A DNA stretch of 64,000 nucleotides from Longimicrobiales bacterium (GTDB lineage: Bacteria; Gemmatimonadota; Gemmatimonadetes; Longimicrobiales; Gaopeijiaceae), in the NCBI GenBank assembly GCA_965116905.1, contig OZ220732.1, positions 1,280,001 to 1,344,000 on the forward strand, in the 5' to 3' direction. Under the pieces are notes generated by a model. The model did not search any database. It saw nothing but the letters and a program-made list of their open reading frames with translations, and was not told where the DNA came from. The first letter of the stretch is position 1; every line of letters starts with the position of its first letter. Shown here one piece after another: positions 20,836 to 32,538 of this stretch. Made by a program: the position numbers and the translations under genes.

Positions 20836-22137
20836 CTACCCCCCGCCCACTCGCCTCACCACCACCGTCTGCATCCCCAGCTCATCCGTCTCCAGCATCG
20901 CCATCAGTCCCCCCGGACCAAGGGCCATCGGCATGGGCGTTCCCGGGGGATAGCTGCCCAGGTAGCGGCCGTCAGGGGTCAGTACATCGATCGGACCGTC
21001 GCTGAAGACGTCCTCGCCACGCCGCTGCACCCAGATCCGTCCGTCCCACGTGGTGCGCAGATCCAGGACCACCGGGACCTCGTCGGCCACCGGGACCGCT
21101 TCGAGCTGGGCCAGGGTCGACAACCGGACCCCTTCGCGCATCCTCTCGTCCATGTCCAGCGATCCCACCATGATCTCGCCCGTAGTGGCGTTCTGGATTA
21201 TGCGATTCCCCTGCCCCCTGGCCTCGAATCCCGCGATCGCCTCTTCGACCCGCCGTTCGAACTCGGCCTCCACGATCCGGTCGGTCACGGGGACGGGGTG
21301 AAGGGGGCGCGAGAGGATGCGGACGAGGGTGCCATCCGCGTCGAGGATCTTGATCGCGTACGCCGACGAGTCCGAAAACGCCAGGCCCCCTTCCGGGAGG
21401 GTGCCGACGATCAGGGGTGGACCGAAGGTGCGCGGCGGCGGCGTGACACCACCCATCGGGATTTCGCGCCCGGCGATACGGAGCGTGAGTTCGCCGACGG
21501 GCGGCAGGCTCCAGGCCTGGAAAACCGTCTCGAGGGCCACTTCGTCGCCATCCAGGGCAGCGCGCAGGATACGGCGCTTTCCGGGAGGGTCCCTTTCGTC
21601 CTCGGGGATCATCTCCTCGATCCGTGCCAGCCCGACTCCCGTGAGGACAACGCCATCGCGACCACCGTGGATGCGGTCCGCGACCGCCAGCAGGTCATTC
21701 CCCACCCGCACGCCCCGGTCGAAGCTGCCGTCGCTGTTGTAGATCTGGAACGCGCGGTGCCGCGGGACATCGCCCACAACGATGCGCCCGTCCTCCATGA
21801 CCGCCAGCCACCTGGGGAAATCGAACTCGCCGGGACCGTCGCCGGAGCGTCCGATCGTCCGCACTAAGCTGCCCTCGCGGTCAACGACCACCACCGTCGA
21901 TGCGTCGGAGTCCAGCAGGTACAGGTTGCCGGCGCGATCGAAGTCGGCATCCTGGATCCTTCCGAACTGCTCCCAGGGCTCACCGCCCATGCCGCCTGCC
22001 CGGAACACCTCCTCGAAACCGGGGTCCAGCCGGCGGTCCTCGGCGGGCAGCTCGATCAGCTCCTGGGCGGCGACAGTGGGGACGCTCGCGAGACCTGTAA
22101 GGCACAACGCGGCACCGGTGATCAGCGACCTGTTCAT
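20836..22137 (-). CDS. 6-bladed beta-propeller secreted protein
   Basis: Signal peptide; [39 protein letters not shown]. Confidence 0.82.
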   Translation of the reverse strand: MNRSLITGAALCLTGLASVPTVAAQELIELPAEDRRLDPGFEEVFRAGGMGGEPWEQFGRIQDADFDRAGNLYLLDSDASTVVVVDREGSLVRTIGRSGDGPGEFDFPRWLAVMEDGRIVVGDVPRHRAFQIYNSDGSFDRGVRVGNDLLAVADRIHGGRDGVVLTGVGLARIEEMIPEDERDPPGKRRILRAALDGDEVALETVFQAWSLPPVGELTLRIAGREIPMGGVTPPPRTFGPPLIVGTLPEGGLAFSDSSAYAIKILDADGTLVRILSRPLHPVPVTDRIVEAEFERRVEEAIAGFEARGQGNRIIQNATTGEIMVGSLDMDERMREGVRLSTLAQLEAVPVADEVPVVLDLRTTWDGRIWVQRRGEDVFSDGPIDVLTPDGRYLGSYPPGTPMPMALGPGGLMAMLETDELGMQTVVVRRVGGG

Positions 22138-22307
22138 TCGTTCCTCCCGTTCATGCCCATTGCGACTCCGGTCGATGCTCTCGGCGTTGTCTCGCTCCCG
22201 CCCCCGCGGAAACTGCCCGATTCGAGTTGACGTAAGGGTATGGAGAGCGTGGTGTATACCGCCATTGTCACCTGCTGCCGGTCTTGCTTGTTGAGACGGA
22301 GTCCCGC

Positions 22308-23498
22308 ATGCGCCAATCCTCGTTCCGGTGGGCGCTGCCGCTCACGATGCCTTTTCTCGCCGCCGCTTGTGCCGGGGACGACGCACCCACCGCCGACTAT
22401 GTCATCAACCACGATGGCGTCATCCCTGTCATCAACCACGACCCTCCTCCCGCGGCTCGGCTCGACCTGGTGGTTTCGATCGGACCGAAGACCCTGACGG
22501 ACACGGGATCACCAGACGAGTTCGGCCGCGTGAGCAGCGTTGCGCTGGGGCCGAACGAGGTGGTCTTCGTAGCCGATGACCTTAACCATGAGGTGAAAGT
22601 GTTCGGGCTCGACGGTGCCCACCTCCGGACCTTCGGCCGGGAAGGCGAGGGACCGGGAGAGTTCCAGACCCTCAATTCCCTGGTTTGGTCGGGCGACCGG
22701 GTACTGACCTTCGACCCCGACCAGGGTCGCATCGGCGAGTGGTCGCTGGAGGGCGAGTGGTTGGGGCAGCGGAGGACGCGGGCCGGCGTCACTGGCCCAC
22801 CCGACCTGGTCCGTCTGTACTCTGTCGGCCCGGACGAAGTGTTCCGGGATGCAGTGAGTGATCAGCGTTATGAGCGGCACTTGATCGGCCTGAGCAGCCG
22901 CGGCGATACGGGCGACACGCTGGCATGGCTGCGTGCGCCGCCGAGCGGCCGTCAGGCCTACATCGAGTGCGAATACGAGGATCGAATCGGCTTCTTCGAG
23001 GTCCCATTCGCCACGCGATTCCTGCAGCATCCGGGGCCGGGCGGCGTGCGGTACTCGGCACTCAGTAGCGCCTACCGGATCTTCGTCACGCGGAGCGACG
23101 GCGCGGAGGTTCTCATGGTGATCGAGCGCCCGCTGCCGGCCGAATCGTTCAGTACCGCCGAGTGGCGGGCGGCGAACGCCGAGTACTACGAGTGGCGCGA
23201 GACCCGCAGCGACGCGTCGTGCGACCCGCGGGAACCGCCGCGGCCGGATGCGAGACCGTTCATCGAGGACCTCTTCGTCGCTCCGGACGGCAAGCTGTGG
23301 GTCGAAGCCGTGCGGGCGGCGGGCAACCGCTGGGAAGTGTTCGACACCGAGGGCAGGTTGATTGCCAGCGTCCCGGCTCCCCCGCGCCGCACCGAACACG
23401 TCGTTCCCGCGTTCGGTCCAGACCATCTGCTCACGATCCGCCGGGATAGCCTCGACCTCGATCATGTCGATGTCTGGCGCCTGGAACGGGGGAGTTGA
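22308..23498 (+). CDS. 6-bladed beta-propeller lipoprotein
   Basis: Lipobox [31 protein letters not shown]. Confidence 0.82.
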   Translation: MRQSSFRWALPLTMPFLAAACAGDDAPTADYVINHDGVIPVINHDPPPAARLDLVVSIGPKTLTDTGSPDEFGRVSSVALGPNEVVFVADDLNHEVKVFGLDGAHLRTFGREGEGPGEFQTLNSLVWSGDRVLTFDPDQGRIGEWSLEGEWLGQRRTRAGVTGPPDLVRLYSVGPDEVFRDAVSDQRYERHLIGLSSRGDTGDTLAWLRAPPSGRQAYIECEYEDRIGFFEVPFATRFLQHPGPGGVRYSALSSAYRIFVTRSDGAEVLMVIERPLPAESFSTAEWRAANAEYYEWRETRSDASCDPREPPRPDARPFIEDLFVAPDGKLWVEAVRAAGNRWEVFDTEGRLIASVPAPPRRTEHVVPAFGPDHLLTIRRDSLDLDHVDVWRLERGS

Positions 23499-23519
23499 GG
23501 ACGGTGGCCCGAAATCCCT

Positions 23520-24173
23520 TCAGCCCAGCCCTTCCAGCACCGGCAGCAACTCCGTCGGCTCCGGCCTGCGCGTGTAGTCCGGATCGGCTTCGGCATAGGC
23601 GACGACCCCGTTGCGGTCCACGACATACGTCGCCGGGACCGCGAGCTCCCACGAGGGATCCCCGTTGAAGCGACTCAGGTCGATTCGCAGTTCGTTGCGG
23701 TAGACATCCCGCAGGCGTTCGGGGAAAACGAACGTCAGCCCGTAGGATCGGGCCACCCCGTTGCCGGGGTCGGTGAGCACGTCGAACTCGATGCCGTCCT
23801 TTCTAGCCCATGAGGAGGCAAAGTCGTGGAGCTGCGGCGATAGGGTGACCAGGGTGGCTCCACGGGCGCGGATCTCCGGGTACAGGGACTGAAGAGCAGC
23901 CTGCTCAGCGCGGCAGTACGGTCACCACCGCCCGCGAAAGAAGGAGAGGATTACCGGGCCTTTCCCGAGCAGCCGGGCGAGATGCACCGTCCTGTGTTCG
24001 AGATTGGGGCGCGCGAACGGCGGCGCACGGTCCCCGGCCTTCACGATGCCGTCCATGATGCCGGATGCGGCGAGGTCGGCCGTGCAGCTCCGAAGCACGG
24101 CGGTCACCGCGGGATCCCGCTTGGCGGCGCCTGTGTCGCGGATTCGGTCGAGGGTGTCGGCGAGCGTGGGCAT
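23520..24173 (-). CDS. AhpC/TSA (peroxiredoxin-like) protein, probable selenoprotein (UxxC)
   Basis: Reads FFRGRW-[TGA 23924-23922]-PYCRAEQ in one frame through to LAVPATYVVD...DPDYTRRPEP; the family motif is FYRGxWCPYC. Confidence 0.85.
23889..23908 (-). promoter_or_regulatory. candidate bacterial SECIS hairpin
   Basis: CUGAGCA-GGC-UGCUCUUCAG; apical loop starts with G, 20 nt 3' of the UGA. Confidence 0.55.
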
Positions 24174-24339
24174 GCAGACGCATCCGGGGACGAGTGTGGG
24201 CGTGTCTGTGAAGTGACCGTAGCCAAACCTTCCGCGCACGAATCTCGTCAGGCAAGGGCAAGGCACCTGCCGGCGCAGGTATCTGCTGGAAGGCGAGCAT
24301 ACTTCCATCTCCCAGGGAATGTGGCGAAAGGAACGAAGC

Positions 24340-25122
24340 ATGACGAGACGGACGAAGCGAGCGGCGACGGCAGTCGCCCTGGTGGGTGCAGCGGCGATAC
24401 CGGCAGGACTGGCGGCTCAGAGCCGCTGTGAGCTCCGCGACGAGATCGACCTCAGCGGGCCGGCTGTGGGCACGCTGGATATCGACGCCGGGGCCGGAAG
24501 GCTTCATGTCACGGGCGGCGGCGACAGCGGTGAGATCCGCGTGATGGCGGTCCTGTGTGCCTCCGATCGCGCCCGTATGGAGGGTTTGAGCGTGTCGCTC
24601 GACGGTGACAATATTCGGACCGACTATCCGGGCCGTATCGGCGGATGGGGCAACAACTACGCGCGCATCGATCTGACGGTTGAAGTGCCCGCCGGTACGG
24701 GGATCCGGGTGGTGGACAGCTCGGGCAGCCTGGAGATCGTCGGAGTGGGCGACGTGGAGGTGCGCGACGGCTCGGGGAGCATGTCGCTCCGCGAGGTCGG
24801 GTCGGTGTACGTCGAGGACGGGTCCGGCGGCCTCAGGATAGCGGACGTGACCGGCGACGTGGACCTGGAGGATGGCTCGGGGAGCATGGAGATCCGTGGC
24901 GTCAGCGGGAACGTGACCATATCGGACGGCTCGGGGAGCATCCGGGTGGAAGGCGTCGGCGGCACGGTGCGCATCGACGAGGTCGGATCCGGGGGAGTGT
25001 CGGTACGGGATGTGGATGGGGACCTGGTGGTGACCGATGGCCGCCGCGAGCGCATCCGATACTCCGACATCCGCGGAACTCTCGACCTGCCGCCGGCGCG
25101 CCGTAGGGGGCGCGGCAGCTGA
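24340..25122 (+). CDS. secreted DUF4097/adhesin-like beta-repeat protein
   Basis: Signal peptide; repeated DGSGS-x-I-xx-V-xG units. Confidence 0.8.
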   Translation: MTRRTKRAATAVALVGAAAIPAGLAAQSRCELRDEIDLSGPAVGTLDIDAGAGRLHVTGGGDSGEIRVMAVLCASDRARMEGLSVSLDGDNIRTDYPGRIGGWGNNYARIDLTVEVPAGTGIRVVDSSGSLEIVGVGDVEVRDGSGSMSLREVGSVYVEDGSGGLRIADVTGDVDLEDGSGSMEIRGVSGNVTISDGSGSIRVEGVGGTVRIDEVGSGGVSVRDVDGDLVVTDGRRERIRYSDIRGTLDLPPARRRGRGS

Positions 25123-25208
25123 AGGCGGCGCCGCTGGGCGCCACGACGAGCGCGGGTTACGGGGTGCCGCTACGTTTGTACCCGTGATTCCGTCCGTTCG
25201 ACACTGAA

Positions 25209-25712
25209 ATGGTGCTTGCCCCGGTGACAAACCGCGTCAAATGGCCTCGACCTCGGCGGGCGGCCCTTGCCCTGGCCCTGTCCGTCGCCACGCTAACGGG
25301 AGCGCTGGCCCTGCCCGCCCCGGCGGAGGGGCAGATTGCGCAGATCCTGCAGGCCGTGAACAGCGGTGGCAGCTGGATCCAGCTTCCCGTGGAGGGCGGG
25401 CGTGCTTCGTACCGCAGTCCGGCATTCCCGCTCGCGGGGATGGCCTTCGACGGCTGTGTGAAAATCTGGGAGCGCCATTCGGGTTCCTGGACGATCACCG
25501 CCAGGGACGCCATGGGCGACGCGCGGCTCGATGTCACGACCGCTCCCGGCGAACCGGTGAGGTTCGACTACAAGGCCGGCTTTCAGGCCCAATTGGAAGT
25601 CGACATCGAATGGAGCGAACCGCGGGACACGACGCTCTTCGTCTGGGTCGGGGTGTCGGCGTCGATGACCCAGGACACCGGACGGGACCTATGCCAGCCT
25701 CCACCCGGCTGA
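25209..25712 (+). CDS. hypothetical secreted protein
   Basis: Signal-peptide-like ALALALSVATLTGALALPAPAEG; coding-like codon usage. Confidence 0.6.
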   Translation: MVLAPVTNRVKWPRPRRAALALALSVATLTGALALPAPAEGQIAQILQAVNSGGSWIQLPVEGGRASYRSPAFPLAGMAFDGCVKIWERHSGSWTITARDAMGDARLDVTTAPGEPVRFDYKAGFQAQLEVDIEWSEPRDTTLFVWVGVSASMTQDTGRDLCQPPPG

Positions 25713-25780
25713 CGGCGGCCGGACCTCTTGCCGTGGGCACCCGCGCCCGCCCGCAACGCTGGGCAGCCGCCTTGGCCGCA

Positions 25781-27079
25781 ATGGCCCTTATCGGGTGCTG
25801 CGTGCTGGGGGCACGCTCCGTGGCCGCGCAGGATCTGGCGCTCGCCAACGCCGTCGTTCTCAACCCGGCGGATGAGACGGTCGACCACGGCGTGCTGCTC
25901 ATCCAGGACGGCATCGTAGGCGGAGTCCTCGCGGCGGTGCCCCCGGACTTCGGGGGCCGGGTGCTCGACCTCGAGGGCCGCTTCGTCATGCCCGCACTGG
26001 CCGACCTGCACACGCACTCCTTCGGCAACATGTCCCCAAGGGGGATGCCGCAACTGCTTGGACCGCAGGGCACCGCCAACGCCGCGCTCTTCACGGGCGT
26101 CGCCTTCGTCCTCGACCTTTTCAGCCCGGAGCAGATGATCTTCGAGTATCGCAACCGGCGCCGCGACGAGGGAGGGCAGGGTGCGGAGGTGTTCGCGGCC
26201 GGCCCGTGCCTGACGGCGACCAACGGTCACTGCTCGGAGTACGGAGTCCCCACGCGTATTGTCGACACGCCCGAAGACGCGCGGCGGGAGGTCACCGACC
26301 TGGCCCGGTCGGCGCCCGATGTGGTCAAGATCGTCTATGACCACCAGACCTACGGCGGCCGCAGCATGCCCACGGTCGACCTCCCCACGCTGACCGCAGT
26401 CCTGGAGACGGCACGCCAACACGGTTTCAGGACGGTGGTCCATGTGGGGACCTGGGACGATCTGCGCGAGGCGGCGCTGGCCGGTGCGGACGCGGTGACG
26501 CACACGCCCGGTCCGGATGCCGTACCCGCCGGCCTCGCCGAACTGTTGGCTGCGCAGGGTACCTACCACATCCCCACGCTCGCGGTGCAAGGCGACTTCG
26601 CGCGCATGGCGGACGACCCCGGTCTTCTCGACGATGCCCTCCTGACCGAAGCGGTGCCGGCCGCCCTGCGCGATGCCTACAGGGTCGGAGACGGCTGGGA
26701 TCCTCGAATCGAGGGATTCCTGACGTGGCAACGCACGCTGATGGAGTCGAATCAGGTGGCGGTCCGGACGCTGGCCGAGGCGGGCGTGCCCATGCTTACC
26801 GGCACCGACGGCGGCAACATGGGCGTCTTCCAGGGATACTCGGTGCACCGTGAACTCGAGCTTCTCGTCGAGGCGGGACTCTCCGAATGGTCGGCTCTGC
26901 GGAGTGCGACGACCAACGCCGCCGGCTTCCTCGGCAGACGCTGGGGCGTGGCGCCGGGCGACGAGGCGGCGCTGCTGATCCTCGACGCCTCGCCCATCGA
27001 GTCGATCGGCAACACCAGGCGGGTGCACGCCGTGATCCAGGGCGGTATTGTGGTGGACAGGGAGTCACTGCTGAACTGA
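25781..27079 (+). CDS. secreted amidohydrolase
   Basis: MPALADLHTH, TVVH, VTH, LTGTDGG, HRELELL; start uncertain. Confidence 0.85.
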   Translation: MALIGCCVLGARSVAAQDLALANAVVLNPADETVDHGVLLIQDGIVGGVLAAVPPDFGGRVLDLEGRFVMPALADLHTHSFGNMSPRGMPQLLGPQGTANAALFTGVAFVLDLFSPEQMIFEYRNRRRDEGGQGAEVFAAGPCLTATNGHCSEYGVPTRIVDTPEDARREVTDLARSAPDVVKIVYDHQTYGGRSMPTVDLPTLTAVLETARQHGFRTVVHVGTWDDLREAALAGADAVTHTPGPDAVPAGLAELLAAQGTYHIPTLAVQGDFARMADDPGLLDDALLTEAVPAALRDAYRVGDGWDPRIEGFLTWQRTLMESNQVAVRTLAEAGVPMLTGTDGGNMGVFQGYSVHRELELLVEAGLSEWSALRSATTNAAGFLGRRWGVAPGDEAALLILDASPIESIGNTRRVHAVIQGGIVVDRESLLN

Positions 27080-27095
27080 GCCGGAGGTCACGCGC

Positions 27096-28280
27096 ATGTC
27101 ACCCACCAGACGACAGTTCCTCGGCGGGGCGGCGGCCGCCACGGGCGCGCTCGCGTTCTGGCGGTGTACCGTTCCGGAGGCACGGGCGCTTCGCATTCTC
27201 ATCCTCGGTGGCACGGGGTTTCTGGGGCCGCACATGGTCCGGTACGCCCAAATGCGCGGCCACACCGTGACGCTCTTCAACCGCGGACGCACCAACACGC
27301 ACCTGTTTCCCGAGGTGGAGAAGCTCGTCGGGGACCGGGACGGTGAGCTGGGCGCGCTGGAGGGCGGGACGTGGGACGTGGTGCTCGACAACTCGGGGTA
27401 CGTCCCCCGTCACGTCCGAGACTCGGCGCAGTTGCTGAAGGATGCGACCGACCACTACCTGTTCACCTCCACGGCCGGCGTCTACGCAAGCTGGTACGGT
27501 GCGGACGGGGGAATGAAGTCGGCACCGGGCGAGCCCGAATGGCCGGAAGGGGGGACAACGGAGGACGATCCGACCGTCGTGCTCCCGGAGCCCGAATCGG
27601 AGGACGTGGGCCAGTGGTACGGCCACCTCAAGGTCCTCTGCGAGGATGCCGTGCGCGAGGCGTATGGCGACGACCGCTGTGTGATCACGCGGCCGGGCCT
27701 GATCGTGGGGCCGGAGGACACCACCGACCGCTTCACCTACTACCCCGTGCGCCTCGACCGCGGCGGCGAAGTCATTGCCTTCGGGGCCCCGGACGACCCG
27801 GTCCAGTACATCGACGCGCGCGACCTCGCGGCCTGGTCCATCCGGCTGTGCGAGGAGCGGGTCAGCGGCACCTACAACGCGGTCGCCCCTCTCGGCGGCA
27901 TGCGCATGGGCGACTTCCTGGAGGGGATGCGCTCGGCGATCGGGGCGTCGGTGAACTTCACCTGGGTGCCGGGCGCGTTCCTGGCCGAACAGGGGGTGCC
28001 CGAGTTCTCGTTGCCGCCGTGGACGAACCAGGACGGCCCCTTCGCGGGCGCGACCAGCTTCCGGGCCGACCGGGCGTTCGAGGCCGGGCTTACCTCGCGG
28101 CCGCTGGCCGAGACGACCGTCGACACCCTCGAATGGTGGAAGTCGCTGGCGGCGGAACGCAGGGAGGAAATGAGAGCGGGCCTGAGGGGTGGAGACCTGG
28201 AATTCGGTCCGGCGTCGATGGACGCGCAAATGGAGCGGGAAGCCGAGATCCTCGCGGCCTGGCGGGCGTCGCAGGGGTGA
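27096..28280 (+). CDS. Tat-exported NAD-dependent epimerase/dehydratase (atypical SDR)
   Basis: TRRQFL Tat motif; GGTGFLG; YGHLK; RPGLIVGP. Confidence 0.88.
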   Translation: MSPTRRQFLGGAAAATGALAFWRCTVPEARALRILILGGTGFLGPHMVRYAQMRGHTVTLFNRGRTNTHLFPEVEKLVGDRDGELGALEGGTWDVVLDNSGYVPRHVRDSAQLLKDATDHYLFTSTAGVYASWYGADGGMKSAPGEPEWPEGGTTEDDPTVVLPEPESEDVGQWYGHLKVLCEDAVREAYGDDRCVITRPGLIVGPEDTTDRFTYYPVRLDRGGEVIAFGAPDDPVQYIDARDLAAWSIRLCEERVSGTYNAVAPLGGMRMGDFLEGMRSAIGASVNFTWVPGAFLAEQGVPEFSLPPWTNQDGPFAGATSFRADRAFEAGLTSRPLAETTVDTLEWWKSLAAERREEMRAGLRGGDLEFGPASMDAQMEREAEILAAWRASQG

Positions 28281-28509
28281 CTACCTGCTGATCAGCTCGT
28301 ACTGATCAACTCGTAGACCACCACGCCGTCGTACATCCTCGATATTCCTCCGCCGGTGTCAGCCCGGGATCGGCCGGAGCTGCACGCTCGCGCGGTCTTC
28401 GGCAACCGTTCCGAACAACGCGTCATCCATTAAGATTGTCTGCGGAAAGACGCAAGGGACGCATCGGTCCCCACCGAACACGAACCATCAACCTCGAGAC
28501 AAGGGCGGC

Positions 28510-29499
<990 letters not shown>

Positions 29500-29585
29500 C
29501 AGCGACACAGATGTATACTAAAGATGACAATATGTAAAGTAGAGTTTACATTTTCCATGCCTGCGCACCGTGAGCGGTCGCGGCC

Positions 29586-30464
29586 ATGATCCCCCGCGAG
29601 ATCCTGAAGCAGGTGCGGCTGCTCGAGATTACTACGCGCGGACTCGTGAACGACGTGTTCTCGGGCGAGTACCACTCCGTCTTCAAGGGGCGGGGGATGA
29701 GCTTCGCCGAGGTGCGGGAGTACCGCTACGGCGACGACATTCGCGGGATCGACTGGAACGTGACGGCGCGGACGGGTTCGCCGCACGTGAAGGTTTTCGA
29801 GGAGGAGCGCGAGCTGACGCTGATGCTGGTCGTCGACGTGAGCGCTTCGGCCCACTTCGGGACCCGGGCGCGTATGAAGTCTGAGCTGGCGGCCGAGCTG
29901 TGCGGGGTGCTGGCGTTCAGCGCGATCAAGAACAACGACAAGGTCGGGCTGATCCTGTTTTCCGACCGGATCGAGCGGTTCGTGCCGCCTCGGAAGGGGC
30001 GCCGGCACGCGCTGCGGGTGCTGCGCGAGCTGCTGTACCACCCGGCGGAGGGCACGGGAACCGACATCGCGGGCGCGCTGGAATACCTGGCGCGGGTGAC
30101 GCGCAGGCGAGCGGTGGCGTTTCTCGTGTCGGACTTTCTGGCGGAGGGCTACGAGAGGGCGCTGTCGGTGGCGGCGCGGCGGCACGACCTGGTCGCCGTG
30201 CGGGTCGGCGACGCGCGGGAAGCGGCGATGCCGCCGATGGGGTTCGTCGAGTTCGAGGACCCCGAGACGGGTCGGCGGGTGGTGGTCAACACGTCGGGGC
30301 GGGTGTTCCAGGAGCGCTTCGGGGAGGGGCGGGCGGCGGCGCGGGCGCGTGCCGACGAGGTCTTCCGGCGCAGCAAGGTGGACTCGATCGACGTGACGAC
30401 CGGGGTGCCGTACGAGCGGGCGCTCCGGCGCTTCTTCGAGGAGCGGGGTCGGAGGGTGCGGTGA
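29586..30464 (+). CDS. DUF58 domain protein
   Basis: GMSFAEVREY..GDDIR.IDWNVTAR. Confidence 0.93.
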   Translation: MIPREILKQVRLLEITTRGLVNDVFSGEYHSVFKGRGMSFAEVREYRYGDDIRGIDWNVTARTGSPHVKVFEEERELTLMLVVDVSASAHFGTRARMKSELAAELCGVLAFSAIKNNDKVGLILFSDRIERFVPPRKGRRHALRVLRELLYHPAEGTGTDIAGALEYLARVTRRRAVAFLVSDFLAEGYERALSVAARRHDLVAVRVGDAREAAMPPMGFVEFEDPETGRRVVVNTSGRVFQERFGEGRAAARARADEVFRRSKVDSIDVTTGVPYERALRRFFEERGRRVR

Positions 30465-31549
30465 GGGGGGCCGGGTTTCTTGGGGCGGCGGGCTTGTGGC
30501 GTGCGGTCGTCGGGGCTTTCGTGGGGCTGGCGGTGCAGGCGGGGCCGTTCGCGCAGACTGGCGCCGCCCAGACCCCGCAAATCGCCATGGAGGTGGACAC
30601 GACGGCGATCCACGTGGGCGACCGGCTGGCGGTCCGCCTGACCGTCGTTCATCCGGACGACTGGGTCGTGGCCTGGCCCGATTCGTTGGCCATCTCGCCC
30701 TTCGAGGTCTTGGAATACGTGGTTGCCGTGCCGGAGGCCGTGCCGGTTGCCGTGCCGGGGGGAGGCGGGATGCGAGCGGCCGCAACGCTTGCGGTCACCA
30801 GCTTCGAGCTGGGCGAACTGGAGATTCCGCCGATCGAGGTCGCGGTGACCGAACCGGACGGCACGGTGCAGGTGCTGTCCACCGACCCCTTCCGCATCGG
30901 GGTGGAGAGCGTGGGCCTGGACGAGTCCGGCGACATCCGGGAGATCAAGGGGCCGCTGTCGATCGCGCGGAACTGGTGGACGCTGGCCCCCTGGCTGCTC
31001 CTGGTTGCGGCCGTGGGGGCGGGGGCCGTGTACCTGCGTCGGCGCGCACATGCGCGTCCGGTCGTCGAGGCCGAGAAGCCGAAGGTGCCGCCGCGCCCGT
31101 TTCACCTGGTGGCGCTGGAAGCGCTCGACGAGCTGGAGGCGTCGTCGTGGCTGGACCGCGGTCAGGTGAAGCGCTGGCACGTGCGGGTGTCGGAGATCAT
31201 CCGGACCTACGTGGAAGGGCAGCTCGAGGTCCCCGCGCTTGAAATGACCACGGGCGAGGTCGTGTCGGGGCTTCGCGGCGCGGCGCTCGGCGGGCGCGTC
31301 ACGGAGGCGTTCCATGCGTTCCTGGCCCGCTGCGACCTGGTGAAGTTCGCGAAGCTGCGCCCCGGCGCCGATGAGTCGCGGGAACTCCTGGGCGTGGCAC
31401 GCAACCTCGTGCAGATGACGAGCGGGGCGGGCGGGTTGGGCGCTGTGGGCGGCGGTGGCCCGGCAAACGACAACGCTGCGCCGGCGGACGACAACGCCGC
31501 CCCGCTCACGATCGCCACCGTTGAGGGAGCCCCTGGAGGCGCCGGATGA
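30461..31549 (+). CDS. Bat-operon membrane protein (Ig-like domain, one TM helix)
   Basis: DIREIKGP, TM helix, ALEMTT, CDLVKFA; lies between DUF58 and batA. Confidence 0.8.
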   Translation: MRGAGFLGAAGLWRAVVGAFVGLAVQAGPFAQTGAAQTPQIAMEVDTTAIHVGDRLAVRLTVVHPDDWVVAWPDSLAISPFEVLEYVVAVPEAVPVAVPGGGGMRAAATLAVTSFELGELEIPPIEVAVTEPDGTVQVLSTDPFRIGVESVGLDESGDIREIKGPLSIARNWWTLAPWLLLVAAVGAGAVYLRRRAHARPVVEAEKPKVPPRPFHLVALEALDELEASSWLDRGQVKRWHVRVSEIIRTYVEGQLEVPALEMTTGEVVSGLRGAALGGRVTEAFHAFLARCDLVKFAKLRPGADESRELLGVARNLVQMTSGAGGLGAVGGGGPANDNAAPADDNAAPLTIATVEGAPGGAG

Positions 31550-32538
31550 TCTTCCGTTTCGAGGATCCGTGGATGCTGCTCCTGCTGGGTGTCGTTCCGC
31601 TGCTGGGCTGGTGGTACGCGTCGCGCGGAAGGACTCGACGGGGATCGCTGACCTATTCCGACGTGGACGGACTCCTGCGTGCGCACGGTGGGGACGGGCG
31701 GTGGCTGCAGCACCTGCCGGCGGCGCTGCGCGGACTGGCGCTGGTTTGTCTCATCGTGGCATTCGCGCGCCCGCAAACCGGGGTCACCGGTGAGAATGTC
31801 GTGTCGGAGGGGATCGACATCGTGCTGGCGCTGGATGTCTCCAGTTCCATGCTCGCCGAGGACCTGGCGCCGAATCGGCTGGAGGCGGCCAAGGCGGTGG
31901 CGGCGGACTTCGCGGCCGGGCGCGTCAACGACCGCATCGGGCTCGTGATCTTCGCCGGTAAGGCGTTCACCCAGGCGCCCCTCACGCTGGATCATTCCGT
32001 CGTGGTGTCCATGCTGGCCGAACTCGAGGTCGGGATGGTCGAAGACGGTACCGCCGTCGGCATGGGACTGGCCACCGCGGTCAAGCGGCTCCAGGCCAGC
32101 GAGGCCGCGTCGAAGGTCGTGGTTCTGCTGACCGACGGGCGCAACAACCGGGGCGAGATCGATCCGGTCACGGCGGCGCAGGCAGCCCAGGCGCTGGGTG
32201 TGCGCGTCTATACCATAGGGGCGGGCGCTCGGGGGATGGCCCGCGTGCCGGTGCCCGACGGCTTCGGAGGCACGCGTTACGTGACGACCCGGGTCGATGT
32301 GGACGAACCGGCCCTGAGAGCGACCGCGGAGACGACCGGGGGGAGGTACTACCGGGCGACCGATCGCGAGAGCCTGGAAGCCATCTACGAGGAGATCGAC
32401 CAACTGGAAACGACCGAGATGCTTGTCGAGAACTTCACGAGCTATGGTGAGCGCTTCACGTTCCCGCTGATCCTGGGGCTGATCTTCCTTCTGGCCGAAG
32501 TCGTGCTGGGGCGCACCTGGCTGAGGACGCTTCCCTGA
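31546..32538 (+). CDS. batA: vWA domain protein BatA
   Basis: ARPQ, MIDAS DVSSSM, LTDGRNN. Confidence 0.88.
   Translation: MIFRFEDPWMLLLLGVVPLLGWWYASRGRTRRGSLTYSDVDGLLRAHGGDGRWLQHLPAALRGLALVCLIVAFARPQTGVTGENVVSEGIDIVLALDVSSSMLAEDLAPNRLEAAKAVAADFAAGRVNDRIGLVIFAGKAFTQAPLTLDHSVVVSMLAELEVGMVEDGTAVGMGLATAVKRLQASEAASKVVVLLTDGRNNRGEIDPVTAAQAAQALGVRVYTIGAGARGMARVPVPDGFGGTRYVTTRVDVDEPALRATAETTGGRYYRATDRESLEAIYEEIDQLETTEMLVENFTSYGERFTFPLILGLIFLLAEVVLGRTWLRTLP

Noticed and set aside
18433..23498. Intact integrative element or prophage at tRNA-Ser
   Set aside because: No integrase, and the tRNA direct repeat lies only ~130 bp downstream rather than beyond the propeller genes
23520..24341. Two short ORFs or a pseudogene of a peroxiredoxin-like gene
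   Set aside because: The single TGA falls exactly on the catalytic Cys column, the frame is otherwise intact and a SECIS-like hairpin follows; selenocysteine recoding is the better explanation
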